Positions 26,676-32,000 of a DNA stretch of 32,000 nucleotides are shown here, piece by piece; positions within the stretch are counted from its first letter, which is position 1; each line of letters begins with the position of its first letter. The stretch is taken from assembly GCF_000018105.1 (NCBI RefSeq), contig NC_009925.1, positions 3,150,001-3,182,000 on the forward strand, written 5' to 3'. The notes beneath the pieces were generated by a model that had not been told where the DNA came from, ran no database searches, and saw only the letters and a program-made list of their open reading frames with translations. The position numbers were made by a program, and so were the translations under genes. The stretch comes from Acaryochloris marina MBIC11017. Its GTDB lineage: Bacteria; Cyanobacteriota; Cyanobacteriia; Thermosynechococcales; Thermosynechococcaceae.

Positions 26676-27545
26676 TTAGCCTTCTTTCAGCAAATAGGCG
26701 CACCCTGCCCCCATCATCTCAGCCCCAACATTGATAAACCGATAAATCGCGACTGCTGTTAACAACAACCCAGGAGACAGATAGGGGTGCAAGATATCAA
26801 TAGCGGATGCTTCAAAGACACCCATACCTGCTGGAGTAGGTATCACTAAGCTCAGTAGCCAAGCCATGCTAAAACCACTCATCAATGGACTAAGTGCTGA
26901 CCAATTAATCGGTGTAAAGGCCAAGACAATCAGGATAAAAATTAGCCCTCGTAGCACCATAAACAAGATGGCTCCCAGTAGAACTCGCAGCGGATAGTAT
27001 TGCATCTTGACACTACTCACTTGCTTGCCCTTGAGCTTACGAACCTGCTGCCACAAAAAATTGAGAACTCGGGGATGGAGGATCAGCAAAATCACGCCGA
27101 GCAATGCGCTTAGCCAAAGGCCGTAGGACGTATTCCACAATGCCAGTCCGATGGCGGCCGCAATGACGAAGAGTGGCTCCAGTAAAACACTTAAGGTTGC
27201 TAACTCTAGCCCTAAACCTTTTTTCTGGGCAGCTTTGACCTGACCATATAAATGCCACACACTACCTGGAATATATTTAGCGGGAGTATGTCTTAAGAAG
27301 GTGATGATGGCCCATCGTTTAGGGAGTGGATGTTTAAAGGCGGCTAAAATCCAGCACCACAATATACCTAACCAGAGTTGTGCGAAGAGTGCGATCGCAA
27401 ATGCAGCACCCCCATATAACCAGGCCTGTTGCTGTAGTTCCAGGGCTTTGACATCCTGCCAATGATTGAGCAACGTCTTGATCAGGAAAATAAGGGTTGC
27501 ACCCAATATTCCCCAGCGAACAAAAAACTTGAAGTACCGATGCAT
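26676..27545 (-). CDS. Polytopic membrane protein, UPF0104 / LPG-synthase-TM (flippase-like) family candidate
   Basis: About 8 TM segments plus the KYIPGSVW motif. The family call is from memory and is moderate. Confidence 0.5.
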   Translation of the reverse strand: MHRYFKFFVRWGILGATLIFLIKTLLNHWQDVKALELQQQAWLYGGAAFAIALFAQLWLGILWCWILAAFKHPLPKRWAIITFLRHTPAKYIPGSVWHLYGQVKAAQKKGLGLELATLSVLLEPLFVIAAAIGLALWNTSYGLWLSALLGVILLILHPRVLNFLWQQVRKLKGKQVSSVKMQYYPLRVLLGAILFMVLRGLIFILIVLAFTPINWSALSPLMSGFSMAWLLSLVIPTPAGMGVFEASAIDILHPYLSPGLLLTAVAIYRFINVGAEMMGAGCAYLLKEG

Positions 27546-27751
27546 GAACCTAATTCCTAACTGCCCCCGGCTCTGCCCTTAACGTACCCAGGTCAACCAC
27601 AGGTCCATAATGCAGATAAAAGACTTAACCCTTGGAATGTGCCTATCATGCGCGATCTGTCTCTGTTGATGTTGTATGGTGGGTCACATGAGCATTTCAA
27701 GGAAAGGGTTGCACTCCACTGAAGTTTTTGCAGCAGCCCTAATCGAACTAT

Positions 27752-28192
27752 TTGCCTGCGAACATCATGAGAGATATCGGACTAACCCATATTGCCCTCC
27801 CGGTGGCAGACATTCATCGCAGTATTGAGTTTTATGCCACCTATGCTCAGATGCAGGTTGTTCACAAACGTCTCGATGGGGCATCCGGTATCCCCGTCGT
27901 GTGGTTATCGGATGGCATCCGACCTTTTGTGATTGTGTTGATTCAAAAAGAAGTGGTGCAACCTGTGTTAACCCCATTAGCCCACTTAGGAGTTGGGTGT
28001 CCCAGCCGGGAAGCATTGGATCGCCTCTGTGATCAAGCGAAACAACAGGGAATTCTGTTAGATGGGCCTCAAGATTCTGGCTATCCCGTTGGTTATTGGG
28101 CCTTTCTACGAGATCCAGATGGTCACACCTTAGAGTTATCCTATGGCCAAGAAGTGGGCCTGACTGTTGAGCAAGCTATCCAACAAGACTAA
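27752..28192 (+). CDS. VOC-family (glyoxalase/bleomycin-resistance/dioxygenase fold) protein
   Basis: GLTHIALPVADIHRSIEFY...FLRDPDGHTLELS. The likely start is the ATG at 27767. Confidence 0.8.
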   Translation: MPANIMRDIGLTHIALPVADIHRSIEFYATYAQMQVVHKRLDGASGIPVVWLSDGIRPFVIVLIQKEVVQPVLTPLAHLGVGCPSREALDRLCDQAKQQGILLDGPQDSGYPVGYWAFLRDPDGHTLELSYGQEVGLTVEQAIQQD

Positions 28193-28326
28193 ACATCTCT
28201 CACCCCAACATTTGACGAGCACAATCCACATCAGCCTTGGGCAATTGGCCGTCGCGACCCCACCATCCCTCAGCAAGATCGGTATACTGATAAACGGTTG
28301 AACAAGCATTAGGGCACAACTTCAAT

Positions 28327-29163
28327 ATGCAGGATAGTCGCAGTAATAGTTTGATCACAGTTTTCAGTGTTGCCTTAATTGTATTAGTGGTCGTCTTCAG
28401 TAGTTTTTTTGTGATTAACCCTGGTCAGGCAGGTGTCGTCAGCATCTTAGGAAAAGCCAGAGATACCCCATTCTTAGAAGGCATTCACCTCAAGCCCCCT
28501 GTGATTTCGGCTGTAGATGTCTATGACCTCACAGTGCAAAAGTTTGAAGTCCCCGCTCAAAGTTCGACCAAAGATCTCCAAGATCTCAATGCTCGCTTCG
28601 CCATTAACTTCCGACTTGACCCGATGCAAGTCGTAGAAATTCGCCGTACCCAGGGGACCCTAGCGAACATTGTCTCCAAAATTATTGCCCCTCAAACGCA
28701 AGAATCCTTTAAAATCGCTGCTGCAAGAAGGACAGTCGAAGAAGCTATTACCCAACGGGCAGAACTCAAGCAGGATTTTGATGATGTCTTAGAGAACCGT
28801 TTAGAGAAGTACGGTATCCTTGTCCTGGATACCAGCGTGATTGACTTAGAATTTTCGCCTGAGTTTGCTAAATCTGTAGAAGATAAACAAGTTGCAGAAC
28901 AACGGTCTAAACGCGCTGTTTTTGTTGCCCAAGAAGCTGAGCAACAAGCCCAAGCAGATATTAATCGTGCTAAAGGAAAAGCGGAAGCCCAAAGATTATT
29001 AGCAGAAACCCTCAAAGCCCAAGGCGGCAACTTAGTCTTGCAAAAAGAAGCCATCTCGGCTTGGCGCGAAGGGGGATCTCAAATGCCGGAAGTTCTAGTT
29101 ACCAGCGGCTCTGAACAAGCGAATGCTCCATTTCTGTTCAATTTCAATGACTTGCCGAAATAA
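28327..29163 (+). CDS. Prohibitin / SPFH (band 7) family protein
   Basis: N-terminal TM, then INPGQAGVVSILGK..., an SPFH body, and a C-terminal Ala/Glu/Gln coiled coil (AEQQAQADINRAKGKAEAQRLLAE). Confidence 0.9.
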   Translation: MQDSRSNSLITVFSVALIVLVVVFSSFFVINPGQAGVVSILGKARDTPFLEGIHLKPPVISAVDVYDLTVQKFEVPAQSSTKDLQDLNARFAINFRLDPMQVVEIRRTQGTLANIVSKIIAPQTQESFKIAAARRTVEEAITQRAELKQDFDDVLENRLEKYGILVLDTSVIDLEFSPEFAKSVEDKQVAEQRSKRAVFVAQEAEQQAQADINRAKGKAEAQRLLAETLKAQGGNLVLQKEAISAWREGGSQMPEVLVTSGSEQANAPFLFNFNDLPK

Positions 29164-29220
29164 GTGACTTTGATCGGTCGGTAGCTACCAGTATTCGGAA
29201 ACATCAGCCCAAGCGCCATC

Positions 29221-31200
29221 CTAGAAATTCTCGTTTCGGTAAGAAAATTGATGTTGATAGCATTGGCGTCTTAAAGTGCTAGATAACCCTCTAGGACCAC
29301 AATAGTAAACGTCGACGGGCTCCGTTGGATATTGCTTCTTTAATTGGGTAAAAATCGACTTCCAATCGGGCCTACCAGCCTGAATTTGGTTCTTTAAACC
29401 TGTAATTAAATCAACCTGATGCTCTTGATGGAGTAAGTCAAAGGCAGCATATGTAGTTAAAAACTGCAGATTACTCCCTGTGGGGGCACCCGTTAAATAC
29501 AAATTGAGATCAAATAAATCAAAATTATCTTCTGCTTCTAGTCTTTGTAGCATCTCCAATAACCATTCAAATGAGTCTTGGCTGCGATTAAACCAATAGA
29601 AATGGACTTTCTGAAGCTGCAGGAGAGTTGACTCAGCTTGACGCTGATGCAAAATACTTTGTAGTAATGAGGCATAGGGGGTTACGCCAATGCCTCCAGC
29701 AATTAAAACGGCATATGTGGATTGATAGATATGGCTACTGGGGCTGTGATAAGGACCATCTAAATACACTGGAATTTTAGGCAAAGCAGTCTGACCATTC
29801 CGTTTTTCTGTGAAGTCTCGAAATTGACTATAGAGAGTACCTGTCCAGCTCCCTAGTGCTCGTATATGTAAAGACAAAGTGTCCTCTCGTTCAGGGGGAC
29901 TGCTAATCGTAAAAGGATGCCATTCATAAGTGGCAATATGGGGGCATCGTAAATAAAGATAGTCAGACGCTTTGAATGTGAAGTCGTGGGGACGAGCAAT
30001 TTCTAATGCTAGGACATTGCTGGGTAAAACTTGGGCATTGACGATATGGGTTTGTTTTGTACTACGACGATATCGAACAACTTGCTCAATTAGAAAAGCG
30101 CCAATGGATACAGCCGCCCACTTATAAAAATGAGGACCATGTAAAAGCATGAGTCCGATCCAAGGGATATACGCTAAATGCATGGTGAAAAAGAGATTAA
30201 AATTCCCCTTCTCTCGAATAAAAGGTAGAGCAGTAAACCACATTAACAACAGCAAGAGCATCAGTAATAAGCCGGTCCATCCTGAGCCGTAAAGTAAGAA
30301 AAGACGCACAGGATAATCAATTTGAAAAGCTGCTGTTTCTGCAAGATGATTATTCAGATGAGCCACGGTATGGACAAGGCCTAACGAAAAAATCATTTGG
30401 CCAACCAGTTTATGGAATGCTAGATGCTCATCAATGGGTAAATAGTCATTCAGCTTGGTTTTTCTCAGCCATGTCATCCAACGCCGCAGGATGGGGACTA
30501 AAATCAATGCGCCATTAAAATTAAGGGCTAACCCACAGCCTCGAGCGATTCGATACCAAACAGTATGGAGCCTATACTGCGGTAAACGATAGGCGTAACA
30601 AAATAAAGCAATATTGATTCCAAAATACAGCGCTAGAAATAGAAGCTTAATCCAATTGTTTTGGACATAATGCCATCGCTGTAGCCAATATTCTGGCTGG
30701 CTCTGTTGATCTGAGCTGTCAGACCTTGGCTGCAACCATTGCGCTGGACTGACAGATAAAATGTCTTTCAATCGAGGAGATTGACTTAGTAGATCCTTAA
30801 ATTCTGATAAGGATATTTCTTTATTTTGATTAGTATCTGCTTTCTTAAATAGGATGTCTCTGACTTGCTGAAATTGTGCGGTTGAGAGATCAAAGTTTCC
30901 CTCTCTCAAGCTACTTCGAATAAATTTTGCGAGTTCTTGCTTATCAATACAGCCATCATCATTGCCATCATGGAGTTGAAAAGCAAATTCGAGTGGATTC
31001 TCTTGCGCTTGATGAATGCCGTTGTGAAACTCTTCAAAACTAATCCCTTTAGTTTGATCAGCATCAAAAATATGAAATAGACGTTCGCACAAATATTTGT
31101 TCGTCAACTCAAAAGCGATTTGGAATTCTTCAATCGTGAGCCTTAGATCATCGCCAGCATAGTCTTGAAACTTTTGTTCTAAGATTTCTAGATTATTCAT
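29221..31200 (-). CDS. EF-hand-containing NADPH oxidase (NOX5-like): ferric-reductase TM domain plus FAD/NADPH dehydrogenase domain
   Basis: EF-hand loops are DGNDDGCIDKQE (canonical), DTNQNKEISLSE and DADQTKGISFEE. Two bis-His heme pairs have NOX spacing: H-x13-H in FHKLVGQMIFSLGLVH and H-x12-H in HLAYIPWIGLMLLH. FAD motif HPFTISS, NADPH motif GGIGVTP, then ITGLK...GRPDW, CGP, and a C-terminal NENF as in animal NOX. Confidence 0.9.
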   Translation of the reverse strand: MNNLEILEQKFQDYAGDDLRLTIEEFQIAFELTNKYLCERLFHIFDADQTKGISFEEFHNGIHQAQENPLEFAFQLHDGNDDGCIDKQELAKFIRSSLREGNFDLSTAQFQQVRDILFKKADTNQNKEISLSEFKDLLSQSPRLKDILSVSPAQWLQPRSDSSDQQSQPEYWLQRWHYVQNNWIKLLFLALYFGINIALFCYAYRLPQYRLHTVWYRIARGCGLALNFNGALILVPILRRWMTWLRKTKLNDYLPIDEHLAFHKLVGQMIFSLGLVHTVAHLNNHLAETAAFQIDYPVRLFLLYGSGWTGLLLMLLLLLMWFTALPFIREKGNFNLFFTMHLAYIPWIGLMLLHGPHFYKWAAVSIGAFLIEQVVRYRRSTKQTHIVNAQVLPSNVLALEIARPHDFTFKASDYLYLRCPHIATYEWHPFTISSPPEREDTLSLHIRALGSWTGTLYSQFRDFTEKRNGQTALPKIPVYLDGPYHSPSSHIYQSTYAVLIAGGIGVTPYASLLQSILHQRQAESTLLQLQKVHFYWFNRSQDSFEWLLEMLQRLEAEDNFDLFDLNLYLTGAPTGSNLQFLTTYAAFDLLHQEHQVDLITGLKNQIQAGRPDWKSIFTQLKKQYPTEPVDVYYCGPRGLSSTLRRQCYQHQFSYRNENF

Positions 31201-31656
31201 GGGTGGGCTAAAGGATAAAGAAATTGTTCGAAGCCTCTAGTCTTTATATTAAAGCTAACCTTTTAAGGCTGACTTTTAAAAAATTAATGAGAGATATTTT
31301 TGATATTCTAAAGGTGGAAATAAAATCAGATTTAAGTGCAATTTAATTTGTGTCTTGCAAACATATTGATAAATGTTTATGCATAATACTTGACTGCGAT
31401 TTTGGATTTTTAGATAAAACCAAAAATTGGATAACTTGAAACTATATAATTTCCCATTAGGTTGGAAAGTGTAAAGCGTATAAAAATGATGATAGTCTAT
31501 AGTTATTGAAAGATGGTACTAGCAATATATACGTTTTTTCTACTAATTATTAATGATAAGAATATTTATATTATCTAAGCTGAAAATAATATGTTTATAT
31601 TCTTCTTGAGATGATATATGACCAATCGTTTGGTCATTGCTAACTACCATAGTTCA

Positions 31657-31808
31657 GAGGTTATTTATAAAGCAAACATTAGATGAGGTCTGAAATCCAT
31701 GATGTGCAATCAAACTAGCGTTTTTATCTCAGAAGTCATCATTCAAATCTCACAGCCTTTACTCAAAAGCGTTTAGCCTCATCTAATGTTTGCTTTATAA
31801 ATAACCTC
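31657..31808. repeat. Perfect 32-bp inverted repeat pair separated by 88 bp
   Basis: Left arm 31657-31688 is gaggttatttataaagcaaacattagatgagg. Right arm 31777-31808 is its exact reverse complement. Pairing stops abruptly at both the inner and outer edges. Confidence 0.9.
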
Positions 31809-32000
31809 CCAGTGGATATAGTAAGGCAATTTGTTCATGGGCCTTGCTATGCTTTCTCTGGCTATATAAGCTACCACTGCTGAACACCATGCCATTTTTG
31901 AGGTAACCAGCAGATGAGAAATTAGAGCTTGGTATGACAACTGTGATGATACTGGCTTACGGTAACCATTGCGGACTGATGCCAGAGCCAACGGAATACG
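31779..32000 (-). CDS. 3' end of an unidentified gene that continues beyond the window
   Basis: The frame is open to the window edge (RIP upstream of the listed TTG). G+C is normal until the last ~10 codons, which lie inside the right arm of the inverted repeat. Confidence 0.35.
   Translation of the reverse strand, partial: RIPLALASVRNGYRKPVSSQLSYQALISHLLVTSKMAWCSAVVAYIARESIARPMNKLPYYIHWEVIYKANIR

Noticed and set aside
26581-26703. N-terminal 41-aa extension of the thioesterase ORF
   Set aside because: It would overlap the 3' end of the upstream membrane-protein gene by 28 nt. The family-typical N-terminus begins at MYTRTVRLQDTDAAG.
22347-31200. Functional link between the EF-hand-like OMP and the EF-hand NOX5 (a shared Ca2+ regulon)
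   Set aside because: They are 6 kb apart with unrelated housekeeping genes between them. The only commonality is a generic Ca-binding-like motif, which is not enough evidence.
31657-31808. Reading the 32-bp inverted repeat as a simple intrinsic terminator or a CRISPR repeat
   Set aside because: There is an 88-nt loop and no U-tract on either side. Only one pair of arms is present, in inverted rather than direct orientation.
1-32000. Search for rRNA, tRNA, CRISPR arrays, transposases, integrases and reverse transcriptases
   Set aside because: I saw no cloverleaf-like or rRNA-like segment, no regularly spaced direct repeats, and no ORF with recombinase or RT motifs. Eye-scanning cannot exclude a tRNA or small ncRNA; tRNAscan-SE or Infernal would settle it.

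Overview
This window looks like a cyanobacterial chromosome. I found 17 exact HIP1 octamers (GCGATCGC) by eye. The gene content also fits: a KaiB-domain protein, a phylloquinone-type DHNA-CoA thioesterase, and the N-terminal module typical of cyanobacterial STAND ATPases. I support about 33 protein genes and saw no rRNA, tRNA, CRISPR array, transposase or integrase.

Core genes: the 3' end of pilT, ddl, a PBP4-type dacB, two tandem lepB paralogues, ilvD, a prohibitin/SPFH protein, a HAD hydrolase and a VOC protein.

Accessory content falls in three patches.
1. 8.5-15.3 kb: a SUKH/SMI1-like protein, an AAC(3)-family acetyltransferase, a TetR-SDR-membrane operon, a YHS-domain protein, and a cupin/DUF4272-like/helical-repeat operon.
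2. 20.72-24.66 kb: a sharply AT-rich island wedged directly after ilvD. It carries three orphan genes on the minus strand: a 3-TM membrane protein with a Ser/Gln/Glu-rich linker, an outer-membrane beta-barrel with an Asp/Asn-rich EF-hand-like N-domain, and a 92-aa ORF. These are divergently paired with an HTH-NB-ARC STAND NTPase (24667-26181) that has no sensor repeats.
3. 29.2-32.0 kb: a eukaryote-like EF-hand NADPH oxidase (NOX5 type), then a 450-bp AT-rich spacer, then a perfect 32-bp inverted repeat that overlaps the 3' end of a partial gene.

My best candidate for an undescribed system is the AT-rich island plus the STAND NTPase. Its function is inference only. All family assignments come from motif recognition by eye, not from searches.
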